DNA from: Eukaryota sp. TZLM1-RC
Lineage: Eukaryota > Protista > Metamonada: BaSk clade
Direction: 5' to 3'
NCBI GenBank assembly: GCA_040285825.1
Contig: JAUPSS010000005.1
Coordinates: 1 to 64,000, forward strand
DNA: 64,000 nucleotides
A program made the translations under genes and the position numbers. This document shows positions 25,701 to 36,227 of this stretch, in pieces. Under the pieces are notes generated by a model. The model made no database searches. It saw only the letters and a program-made list of their open reading frames with translations, and was not told where the DNA came from. Position 1 is the stretch's first letter; each line of letters opens with the position of its first letter.

Positions 25701-26405
25701 GGTGGAAACTTGATGAAGTTCCTATCAATGATCACATTGTTTTTTCTTTCCCTGATCAGAATTGACTTTGAAGTTTTTTGCTTATGGGAAATATTGTTTA
25801 ATTCCGACTTTTATCAAGGCTAAAAATCTTTAGTATATTCAATAAGCCAAGCCATTGAAATTTCTCTCATTGAATCTCACCAATGGTAATATTTATTGAA
25901 TTTGCATACTTAATTAAGAAAACTCAAAGATTGCATTTCTGCATCCACCAACAAAAGCACACGAGGTTAGAATAGAAGCCTTCGTCCATCCTAAACCGCC
26001 ATAATGTGGACTAAGGTAAGCATGGTCTTGAATAAACTATTGTTTATTCAATATGAAAATAGAAATTGATCTGAACACCCTTGTTTAAGAAATTCATTGA
26101 ATGTTCTCTCTCATGCTATATCTATTAACAAAACCATTCAATAATTTTGTTCCCAAGTTGGCAAACCTATGTCAGTGGATAATCCTTTTCCATTGACAAC
26201 TACATTGATTCCACAGCATTGAAGACTCGATACTCATTGGCTTAACGAAAGATTCAGCATGTTCGAAGGGAGAGCAAATGCCGTAAGATCATCAGTTTTT
26301 ACCGAAATACTAACTGATAAGATATTAGATTCTTACAAACCTGACTAAGAATTGCTTTCAATTGAAATTTTTTCAATTGTAACAAAAGATGCTGTTTGTG
26401 ACATG

Positions 26406-26531
26406 TGTAACAATAAAAAATAAAGATAATAAGGTGTTGATTAAATTTCACTGGCCCTTATATAGGCCTTCACTAGTGAAGTCTATACAGACAAATTGTC
26501 CACAGTACAACACTACCTTTTCTCTCTCTTA
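26406..26531 (-). mobile_element. Putative 3' LTR (~107 bp, 26406-26512) and polypurine tract (26513-26531) of the Gypsy element
   Basis: Minus strand: AAGAGAGAGAAAAGGTAG followed by TGTTGTAC...CTATATAAGGG...TGTTACA, directly downstream of the integrase/chromodomain. Confidence 0.6.
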
Positions 26532-26599
26532 GAGCTCTTACGAGAGCTATGAGAATTAACTGCAGGAATATTAGTCTTAGATTTATAATCGGAATTCAC

Positions 26600-29500
26600 A
26601 TTCCGTTTCCTGGAAGGGCGAGGACCAAGGGTAAGCAAATATGATTGGTATGCCTTAGTGCTTTTGACGCAAGCAACTGGGACAGACGATGTCTCGCCGC
26701 CATATCAAACTGCGGTGGAAGAAGAAACTTTATTATTATTCGAGTCTATAAAATCGAACATGATCTATAATCTTGATAATTACAAATTTTTCCATATCAC
26801 CTCCAGCAATGTGCTTAAGCCAATCTATATTTTCATTACCAAAGTCAAAATGGTATAGGTTACAATGATTAGTGCTAGCCGTCAACGTCGAACCAGTGAC
26901 AAGATTCTTGAATAATCAATTTTTATTAGATTTCACTTCAATGAGAAAACGGCCAGCGAAGCAACCATTGAGTTTACCATTAGTTTTGAATCGCAAAACT
27001 AAGTCACCTTTATTAAAATGGTTCCTATGTTTGTTAACTTCAGGCAGTTGTTGAGCTTGCCTGAGCTCTGCCTCTTCTCTCTTCTTTGAAATCCTTTCAA
27101 GTTTTGCTTCAAGATCTTTAACAAAGGGAATATTAACATTAGCTGATTTTATTAGTTCAAACATATTACTAGGATCAGCTCTAGGGCTGTGGTCGGTACC
27201 AAACATTAAATTGTAGGGCGAATGACCAGTAACTCTACTAATAGTTGAATTGATTTGAAGTTGTACAATTGGGATATATTCACTCCAATTGCTATTATCG
27301 CCAGAGTCCACCAAAATCTTTCTTAGACTTTGTAAAATGTCTCTGTGTCGTCTTTCTACTAAACCATTGCTTTGTGAAAAACCAGTTAAAGAACGATTTA
27401 TTTCAATATTCAATAAATCACATAACCCTTTGAAAATTGCATTTGCAAATTCAATACCATTGTCATTATGAATCAACAGTGGGATACAAAAATTGATACT
27501 ACGCTCCATAGGAGGTGATTGGTTGCCTCCACTGCATTCAATTCCTTTTCGGGGCAAATGATCGTGTATCTAGTGAACGAATCTACAAATGAGTATTATA
27601 TATTTGAATCTATTATTATCTTGTTGTAATGGTCCAATAATATCTGCGTTTATTCGAGCAAAAGGTCGATCAGCCCAAAGAGAGCCAGATGATTCAATGA
27701 CATTTTTAGGCACATGTGCCGTCTTTTGACATGCTGGACATCTCTTAATATGATTAATCATGTCTTTGCGCATGTCGGGCCAAAAGAAATCACTAGTGAT
27801 TTCTTTACGCTAGTCGTCACACTAGTATGGCCAACATTTGCATGTCCATGAATGATAGTTAAATTCTGCTTTTTAAAACTATCTGGAATAACAATTTTCC
27901 AACGTATGTTGGTATACAATTGAATATTTGTATCGAACTTGTAGTCTGAAATTATCAGGGTTTGAATCAACATCTAACATTTGTTCTTGCCTAATTTTTG
28001 CAATTCAAGAGTCAATTGAATCAAATTTTGGATCCTCAACTGCTTCTTTTAATGCAAAAAGCTATTAATCCTGGGTAGTTTAATTGTGGACGATTGCGTA
28101 ACGTAATCCCTTAACAAATTAACTCAAGTTAATAATTTCAAATAGGGTAATTGTTTTTCAACTTTGTGAGGTGCCAAATTTCTCACTTGTTGGACTCAGG
28201 GGATTTTTCACATTGCAATACACCAATTTAGCCAAGATGTCTGCCCAATAATTCTCCTCGCCTGCGGTCTGGACTACATCAAAATTAAATTCTGACGATA
28301 TTGATAGCCACCTCTTCACAATTCTGTTCTTTTCAGGAGCAGATATGAGGTATGCTAATTTTTATGATCAGTGAATATAGTTAATTTATTTGAAATTAAA
28401 TAAATTTCTAAACTACTGTCAGTGAGAATTGGTAAAATTTCACACAACTTTTTCTGAAGTACAGACCAACCTTTTTGTGAAGATGATAATGATCTGCTAA
28501 AAAAGGCCATAGGTACAAACTTTGTCTTAATTATCGAAGTCGTGGGATCTTTAAGTGGGTTAGCTTCTTGCCATATTACTCCACCTACAGTCACATCAGA
28601 CGCGTCAACATTTATTAAAATAAGCTTGTCTTTTGAGGGCAATTCGAGAGGGATGTTTGTTCAATAAGATTAATAATCTTAACACAGGCCTCGTCATGAT
28701 CAGAAGTGCACTTGATCTTTGACGGTTCCTAAATGGTCAGTTTATTGATTGGTCTATCAAAGCAGACAAACTGGGCAGCCATTCACGTATATAAATTATT
28801 GAACCAATAAAACTCCACACTTCAGGTAATGCCCTCAATTGGGTAGCTTGATCAATCTTTCGATCCTAGATTCATCTATATACCGAGTTTTGTTTACAAA
28901 ACAAATACCTAGATTTATTATTTTGTGTTTGCAAGTGGTAAAAGTACACCTGCGTAGGCCCAGGTTAACTCTAAAACGTTTGGCGCGTTGTCAGACTGTA
29001 CCTACTCTAGATAGAAATTCATCCAAGGTTGAAGCTACTATTATATTATCATCGATATCTATAAATACACCTTCAGATCCAAATAGTGTTTCATGATGTT
29101 TTAGTAAACTGCAAGAACCTTCTTCAAATCAAAACAAGTCCTTTTATAACTGATCGACATCCCAATAATTGATACGGTAGTTTTATCAATATCCTCTTTT
29201 GCTGTTTTGAGCGGCCAAAATGCCTTAGGTAAATCTAGAGTTGTTACATAATTAACTTTACTCAAAAACTCTAAAATGTCGCTAATTTTGGGCAAATTTG
29301 CCTCCACAGGTTTAGTTAAATCATTTATTCCACCTATATTATTAAAATTGCCAGTTAATCTTGGCTTTCTGTAATCAGGGTAAATTACAAGACAAATGAG
29401 ACTACTGAATTGAGACTTTTAAGCACAGCAAAGGCAATACGGATCAATTCGTTAAAAATTTCCTCGGCTATTCTTTGTTTTTCTTGGTTTAATCTTCGAG

Positions 29501-30745
29501 GTTTCTTCTTGACAAACTAACTTTTGTCATAAAATGAAATGGTCATTGGCTGACGTTCAATTCCATCCAAATGAGGTGGCCCACTGAATACATTTCTGTA
29601 ATTTTCTAGTAGCAAGATTAGACGTTCCTCCTCCTTTTTGTCATCCAGGCATATTCTACAGCACAACTCATTTAAATAAGGTTTGAGGGTGGAATGCCCA
29701 ATACTATTACCAGATGTAGTTTTATCGTCAATTGTTCAATAGAATTAATAGGTTGATGAATTCTGTCGTCACACTCACATTCTGCATTAAAGATGGTGCG
29801 ATGTCCGCGGTCTAAACTAATGTGCCCTGTGCACAATCCCAAGGTTTTGTAATAGATTTCTTCCAAGCACAAAACTGTTGGTACCTGGTATGATTTGGAA
29901 TTCGATTCTTAAATATACTTGAGTGGCCAAGCTGCCCACATTCAAAGCAAGAACACCACTTGCACTTCCAAGCGACGTTGAGGGAATACCATTTGCCGAT
30001 AGGTATTCGACAATTCTATATTCGTCAATTGTCATTCGACATCTCAAGCCTAAATCCATTGATAATGCCGAGAAAGCAGCATTATTATCAATTTCTCCTT
30101 GAACATCCACGTTATTTGTTGAACAGGCCAACCAGAGTTCCCTGTTAGAACTACTTGGGTCTCCTGCCACCCTGACGATGTAAATCTTTTTTAATGGTTT
30201 CACAGGAGTTTTGTAAACACAAAAGTCTCGAAGTAGACTTGTGCCATTGGTGATGATGTTGCTGTAGAAGATGTTCTGTCTCCAAACTCCCAAGACCGTA
30301 GAGTACAATGTCTCTCCTGCCAACACATATTTTCAGGCACCTCTTCTCGAAAAAAGGCACATTTCGAACACCTTAAAGGTGTGAAACACTGTCACCAGAG
30401 AGAGCTTGTGATCTGGTTTTTGTCTATACCAATCTTCAACTCATGAACAAAAGGGTTAATGTCACCATCGAGCGGTACTTTGCTGATTTTTCTCAGTGGA
30501 GGAACTTGGTCGAAAACGTATCAGCAGTTATGACAGAAGAAAAAGTTGAAGCTCTGAATTCTATAATCGAAGATGATGAAATCCTTGACGAAGGAGTAGA
30601 AGTTGAAGAGAACATTCTTGAAGAAGAGCGTCCAACACCAACTCATCACGACTTCCTTGCTGGAATTGATTTTGATGACCTTTGATAAGTTCATTGGCTG
30701 TCATAGTCGAGTTATATTGCATGTTATACAATAAACATTGATTTA
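26600..30745 (-). mobile_element. Decayed Ty3/Gypsy LTR retrotransposon (PR-RT-RNaseH-INT-chromodomain)
   Basis: Protease-like GEIDNNAAFS; RT TTLDLPKAFW and FIDIDDNII (~29040-29070); RNase H NVDASD...AFFSRSLS...FTDHKN; integrase HGH...GH, CPACQK, NADIIGPL, NDNGIEF, SNGLVERRH; chromodomain-like EKFVIIKIIDH...YGGETSSVP. Many frameshifts. Confidence 0.93.
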
Positions 30746-30754
30746 CTTCATAGA

Positions 30755-30909
30755 TGCTAACAGTATCGTTTCAGTTTAGACTAATTTAATTAAATATTCT
30801 TTAATAAAGAAGGAGTCAAACAAGAACAACGTCCGAAGACGCTGGTACAGCGTCTGTTGGAAAAAAGACGCACGAAGACGGAGACGCGTCTGATAACGTC
30901 CGTGCAACA
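30755..30909 (-). mobile_element. LTR-like segment (TGTTGCAC...TGTTAGCA) at the 5' side of the Gypsy body
   Basis: TG...CA termini resemble the 3' LTR candidate but the interior differs. Contains AGACGCTG-GTA-CAGCGTCT and AGACGCGTCT inverted repeats. Confidence 0.4.
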
Positions 30910-30914
30910 CTACA

Positions 30915-31470
30915 TATGAATATTTTATACCAAGATGTAGTGTTCAAAAAAAAGAAAATTTCATGCGTATTCGAGAAATCAAAGTGAAAAAAATGTTCGA
31001 AAGACTAAAGTTGACTTTTGGTACCCCTGAAGATGTAGTTATTGGTTATAATGATTGGAACTCGAAAGGAAATACAAGGGAGGGAAAAACGCCAACCAAA
31101 AGAGGAACCGAAATTCGCAAACTATTAAGAAGGTTTGGTTATCGAATTTTCCTAGTTGATGAATAAAGAATGAGTAAATCTTGTTCTAGTTGTGCTGCCA
31201 AGGGATATTTTGGAAAACGTGTCAATGATTCTAGTATTGAAGTGTTAGGTCCTAAGGGCAAACGACAACTAAAAAGATTAGCAAAAACAGGAAATTGAAT
31301 TATTTAATTAAAAGAATTTTACTAGAAAAAGATCCATCGCGTGTTCCTGAAACAAGCACATCCTCATCGGGTGCTAAAAGAAGACAGGGAGGAACTAAAA
31401 AGAGAGTAGTAAAGAAGATCTCTGTAGGAGAAGATATCAGTCCATCTTAAACGATGTGGCAGCTCAATAG
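30915..31470 (+). pseudogene. C-terminal remnant of a Fanzor1 (TnpB-like) nuclease, family 2
   Basis: KMFERLKLTFGTPEDVVIGYNDW...KTPTKRGTEIRKLLRRFGYRIFLVDE*RMSKSCSSC is the RuvC-II (VDE-x-x-x-SK) plus first zinc-finger CxxC signature of Fanzor1. RuvC-III not found. Confidence 0.8.
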
Positions 31471-31975
31471 TGTCTGGAGTTGTAATGAAGAATGGATTTC
31501 CAATGTAGGTTTGGTAAATACATTTGGATTTGGACTAGCAGATGAAGACGACAATATTTAAATCCTCAATCATCATTTTCTTGCGGTGTAAACGGTTTTC
31601 CGTTATTGCTTTTTTGGTTTGGTTTGGATTTGATTTTCTTGGAGGCCAAACCGAAATCATTCCAAAAAACCAAAACTAAAATAAAATGTTTCTGTTATTT
31701 ATATTTTTGCTGAAAATCAGATTGAAGTGCACAATTGTTTTTCTATCAATACACAATTCTTCTCCGTGGACAATTTTCAACAAAGCCAAGCAGTCGTCGA
31801 GGTAGTTTACGACCTTCTTTTTCCTATCTGTCTCACAGTTATGCTTTATTGTGTAACATTTGACAGAAACACGAAAAAAATTATAGTTTCAGATCCCCTA
31901 TCAACAAATAAATACATTAAAGTTATAACACCAAGAAAATAATAAAAACTGTTTATACATATAAATAAATAATAA

Positions 31976-34855
31976 CTACAATGTCAATTCCTTTAAACTC
32001 CAACCATCATTATCTACATCAAGTGGTTTATCAATGCTGGAAATGGCAAACTCACCACAGACAGGACATTCGCTTGCAATAATAGAATCGTAACGACAAG
32101 AAACTTGATTTCTTTGAAGTTGAAGCCTATCAATTCTATCCAAGACTTCTTCTGAAGTCAACATTGTACTTTCCAACTCATGGATTTCATCATCCAAAGC
32201 TTTGAGATCTGCACAAAGTGAGGAAAGAATCGACCGTTGAACGTTGGAAAACTTACCTTCAACTTCCTCCAAGAGGCATTGAGAATGAAACTTGTGGGAA
32301 CAAGGGAAAACATAGAAAGGAGCGTGGAGAATTCCAATTCTACAGATCAGGCAAGGTTCCCCATCTGAAACTTCAACTGCTCTATTTTTCAAATCTTTTA
32401 ACGACTTCCTAGTCAAATCTGCACTTTTGGCGGACCTGTCCATGGCATCATTGAGTTCCTTGATTTCTTGGCCATAACCCTCAAGAGAAGACAGCAATTC
32501 GTCCTTTAACTGGCCAATAACAGTAAAATCTCCTAATAAAGGTAAAACATCTTCAATACGAAGACATTCAGAGCAACGAAGAAAGTCAAGTATAATCTCC
32601 ACATTTGATTGGTTCTTCTCAATCACATACTCAGCAATTTTTAACCATAGTTTTTTTAGTTGATCAGAATCTTCTTGACCTCCAAGATTTGCATTGACTT
32701 TTGCCAACTCCACATCACCAGCTTTTAATGAAAGATCTACTGCTTCTTCATAAAGACCTAAAACTGCATAAATACGAACACTTGCTTCAGTTTTACTTCT
32801 ACTTGCACATACTCTGAGTGCATATTGAAGGTCAACTGCTTGGGAAACTTTGTCATCTGAGAGGAAACCAATCAATCGAGTATCGTCATCAAGTTCAGAA
32901 TAGAAGGAAACCAAAAGATTAACAACACAAGGTTCGACTTCCTCCCCATAATCATGTTCGATATAGATAAACTTTTCCAAAAACATCACCACCTTGGTCA
33001 TGGTTTGGATTGACACATCCCCCGAAAGTAAAAGCACGGAAGGAACCAATTTCTTAATATCCAAGTTTGGCCAATTAGACCAAGTTGTTATTAATTCAGA
33101 CGGCAACTCTCTTATAAGAGTTGGTGAATATTTGTAGAGATACGTTGAATCTCTGGTTTCTTTGATAACTTGAATTGCTTCTGAATACTTTGAATCTTGA
33201 AGTAGTAAATCAATAACCTTTTCGTAATCTCCGATTTCTTTGGCAAAATAAACTAATTCAGGCACTCTTCCATGTGACGTGATCAGCTCATAAGTGGTAG
33301 ACTTATGTAGACTTTCCTTATACTGAGAAAGGAAATCCCTAAACTCAAACTCCAAATCCTCAAGTTCTCGGTTAGAGTTAGCAGAAGCCATTCGGGAGAG
33401 ATAAATATCAACAATCCAAAGTGATAGCATTGATGAATGAACCTTATCGCCATACTCTGAACTTGAGTTTTTCAAAACAAATGATAGACGTTCTATTAAA
33501 AACTCTAACAACGCATCATTGGCATTTACATCAATAAAAGCAAGAGAAACTTCTTCAATTGATTTGCCTGCACGGGCCCATCTCCTGGCAGCTCCAGAGT
33601 AATTCTTTTGGTCAAAAAGATCTTGACCTTCGAGAACCATGATGTGATCTTTATGAGCTTGCGAAGAGCAAAATTCAAGAGCTTTTTGGTAGTTTTTTTG
33701 ATCTGCGTAATACTTCCAAACATCACGTGATTCGTCATGAAAAGTCAAACGATAAAGCTTTTTTGACCCATAGAAGAAAATTCCATGGTTAGAGTCACCT
33801 GCAAATGACACAAGCTCACCCAACGAAACACCATTACAATCTTTGCTTAAAGTTGAAACAATTTCTTCTGAAACCAAAGAAAAAACAACAATTTTAAAAG
33901 AATAACAAAGCAATAAATGAAACTCCGTTGCAATTACACTTAAAGGAACCTCATTGCTTGGATAAGGGATCAATTTGTTATCAGTAATCATAGAGTCACT
34001 GGTCATTGAAGTGTATTGTAAAGAACCAAGATAAATTCCAACAGAAGTGATCCAGCAAAGCCTCCAGGGGTCAACCTTATTCAAGGGAATTCTGATGGAT
34101 AATTGTGACCTAGTAACGTCAGCACTACGTGGCAGTTCATTAAACCTAGGTCCATGTCCTTGGAAAAGCTTACTCAAATTTGGATGAGTTGTTGATTGAT
34201 TGTGACCCGTAAATTCATAAATTCTTGAACACGTGGCAATAATTAAAAATAAAGAAATCTGATCATTAATATTGAAAAAACGAGCTGAAATTCCAAAAAT
34301 TTCAGAACAATCTTCTAACGATGTCAGAGGTTCCTTACACTTCTGCACACTTCCTTCCAGTCCAATTTCGAAAACCTTCCCTTCTGAACTACCAAGTACA
34401 ATGGAGCTTGTAAGAGTAGTGTTAGAGTCTTCGTCATAGAGCCAGCCGACTGAAGTGATGAGGTGGTTGTTGGTTTTCAGTTTTAATGGAACAGACTTTT
34501 TGGCTGGTTCAGTATGGGTGGGATTGTAGATATAAAAAAGTTGAGGGGGAGAGGCAGAGACGATGAGGTGACGGCCACTAGGATCAATGAAGATTTGACG
34601 TATGGAGAAGGGAACTTCACCTCTGGAATGGGAGCGACGACTGAGTTCCCAAGTAAGTGATACCTTGTGGAGGGGTTCATAAGTAACAACTGTACCATCA
34701 GATCTAGCAAAGGCAAGAACACCTCCACCAACAGCTCCACAGACCATGTCGTTACCATCAAGACGGTCAGAAAAGTCAGAGACTGTCACAAGAGGAAGAC
34801 CACTGGCATCAGGAGAAGCAAACGAAGTATCAGGCATAGCACTAGATAGTGACAT
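31976..34855 (-). CDS. VPS18: Vacuolar protein sorting 18 (HOPS/CORVET subunit)
   Basis: IFIDPSGRHLI, IATEFHLLL, DESRDVWKYY, DLQYALRVC, KKLWLKIA, LRIEDVLP, RING-H2 CLIC...FYVFPCSHKFHSQC, IASECPVCG. Confidence 0.97.
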   Translation of the reverse strand: MSLSSAMPDTSFASPDASGLPLVTVSDFSDRLDGNDMVCGAVGGGVLAFARSDGTVVTYEPLHKVSLTWELSRRSHSRGEVPFSIRQIFIDPSGRHLIVSASPPQLFYIYNPTHTEPAKKSVPLKLKTNNHLITSVGWLYDEDSNTTLTSSIVLGSSEGKVFEIGLEGSVQKCKEPLTSLEDCSEIFGISARFFNINDQISLFLIIATCSRIYEFTGHNQSTTHPNLSKLFQGHGPRFNELPRSADVTRSQLSIRIPLNKVDPWRLCWITSVGIYLGSLQYTSMTSDSMITDNKLIPYPSNEVPLSVIATEFHLLLCYSFKIVVFSLVSEEIVSTLSKDCNGVSLGELVSFAGDSNHGIFFYGSKKLYRLTFHDESRDVWKYYADQKNYQKALEFCSSQAHKDHIMVLEGQDLFDQKNYSGAARRWARAGKSIEEVSLAFIDVNANDALLEFLIERLSFVLKNSSSEYGDKVHSSMLSLWIVDIYLSRMASANSNRELEDLEFEFRDFLSQYKESLHKSTTYELITSHGRVPELVYFAKEIGDYEKVIDLLLQDSKYSEAIQVIKETRDSTYLYKYSPTLIRELPSELITTWSNWPNLDIKKLVPSVLLLSGDVSIQTMTKVVMFLEKFIYIEHDYGEEVEPCVVNLLVSFYSELDDDTRLIGFLSDDKVSQAVDLQYALRVCASRSKTEASVRIYAVLGLYEEAVDLSLKAGDVELAKVNANLGGQEDSDQLKKLWLKIAEYVIEKNQSNVEIILDFLRCSECLRIEDVLPLLGDFTVIGQLKDELLSSLEGYGQEIKELNDAMDRSAKSADLTRKSLKDLKNRAVEVSDGEPCLICRIGILHAPFYVFPCSHKFHSQCLLEEVEGKFSNVQRSILSSLCADLKALDDEIHELESTMLTSEEVLDRIDRLQLQRNQVSCRYDSIIASECPVCGEFAISSIDKPLDVDNDGWSLKELTL

Positions 34856-34928
34856 TGGTTAAAAGCACACTAATGTCAAATAGTAGCAATTGGTTGGGAT
34901 TTGGAGGTATTGAGTTGAAATAAATTGA
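34850..34928 (-). promoter_or_regulatory. Conserved 5' leader/promoter element shared with SKI3
   Basis: 36 of the 46 nt upstream of the ATG are identical, ungapped, to 61086-61131. Confidence 0.7.
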
Positions 34929-35119
34929 TTGTATATTATACTTTTTGTTCAGTAAACGTTATTCGAACGGAAGTTCTAATGTACATCGGTTGTTGCTGTG
35001 TTGTGTTATTCAAACAAAATTAAACGCAAAAAAAATCATTTATCAGAATTCTACACAAGAATGAATAAAAAAGTAGAACTAAATTAAAATAATATATTAA
35101 ATTTACAACTCATGTTAAA

Positions 35120-36145
35120 TTATGGATCAAAAATTCTTTTTAAAGCTTTCCCAGTTGATGTCAGGACATCTCTAGTTGTATTGTCCAGTGAATAAGAATT
35201 AATGGCACGTTCTATATGACGTAAAGCATCTTCAATTCGTTCCTTAGAAGTATCCATTAGTTTTTCTTTCTTCACTAGATCTTCTTCGCGTTGATTGTAC
35301 TTGACATAAGCACGAGACAGATGAACTTCTCTACGGAGCAGACGTATCTCTGGATTTTCATAAAACATTTGAATAGATGGTCTAGAGTTCGGGTCGACTG
35401 TCAGCATCTGATTGATCAGCCCACGAAGGGATGACGAATACTTTGAGGAAATGGGAGGAAACCTTCCAGTCAGTATTTTGTTTTGAAGGGAGTGAACAGA
35501 GTGCCCAGTGAAGGGGGGAGCCAAAGCGCAGAGTTCGTACATTACACAACCAAGAGCCCAAACATCACAACTGGAAGTGTAAGGACGGCCTTGGACTTGT
35601 TCAGGAGACATGTACAAGGGAGTTCCAACGTTTGTGTGTGCTACAGAATACTCTCCAAGAACACGGGCCAGACCAAAGTCTCCGATTTTGACAAACTTAT
35701 CCACATCAAGGAAAATGTTGCCTGGCTTTATATCACGATGAACAATAGATCCTGATTTGTTGCAATGACACGCATAAATAGCAGAAACGAGTTGGGACAT
35801 GATTTTCCAGACAACAGGTTCTGTAATGATGGTGTTCTCTTTCGAACAGCGTTTAATGAGTCCAGCAAGATCTCCACCTTCACAATATTCCATGACTATG
35901 TAAATCTTTGTGTTTCTTCTGTCAATGACACGATCATAGTACTGGACGATATGAGGGTGATGGAGATTACGCAGTATATTAACTTCGGACACAAGAAGTT
36001 CTTTCTCTTTCTCGCTCATGCGGCCATAATTGATCTCCTTTACAGCAAAGATCCTATTATCAGATTTTCTGCGCATTTTTGAAACACGGCCGTAAGTACC
36101 AGTGCCGATAGCGTATATCTCCTCAAAGTCTTCAATGCCGATCAT
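35120..36145 (-). CDS. NIMA-related kinase, NEK2-like
   Basis: IGTGTYG, KEINYGRMSEKEKELLVSEVNILR, YIVMEYCEGGDL, HRDIKPGNIFL, GDFGLAR, VGTPLYMSPE; short C-terminal coiled coil. Confidence 0.95.
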   Translation of the reverse strand: MIGIEDFEEIYAIGTGTYGRVSKMRRKSDNRIFAVKEINYGRMSEKEKELLVSEVNILRNLHHPHIVQYYDRVIDRRNTKIYIVMEYCEGGDLAGLIKRCSKENTIITEPVVWKIMSQLVSAIYACHCNKSGSIVHRDIKPGNIFLDVDKFVKIGDFGLARVLGEYSVAHTNVGTPLYMSPEQVQGRPYTSSCDVWALGCVMYELCALAPPFTGHSVHSLQNKILTGRFPPISSKYSSSLRGLINQMLTVDPNSRPSIQMFYENPEIRLLRREVHLSRAYVKYNQREEDLVKKEKLMDTSKERIEDALRHIERAINSYSLDNTTRDVLTSTGKALKRIFDP

Positions 36146-36227
36146 AGAAAGTAGCAGGGGTCACAAGTTGTTTTGGGAGAGGGTATTTTTTGAATTCAAT
36201 TTTGTGAAATTCCCTTCTGCTGAATCA

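Noticed and set aside
30443-30685. Acidic 80-aa plus-strand ORF
   Set aside because: Most simply the antisense shadow of a Ser-rich region upstream of the Gypsy protease.
36102-36227. Overlap between the WD40 ORF and the NEK kinase
   Set aside because: Artefact of a non-ATG start call. WDR34-like similarity fits the ATG at 36228.
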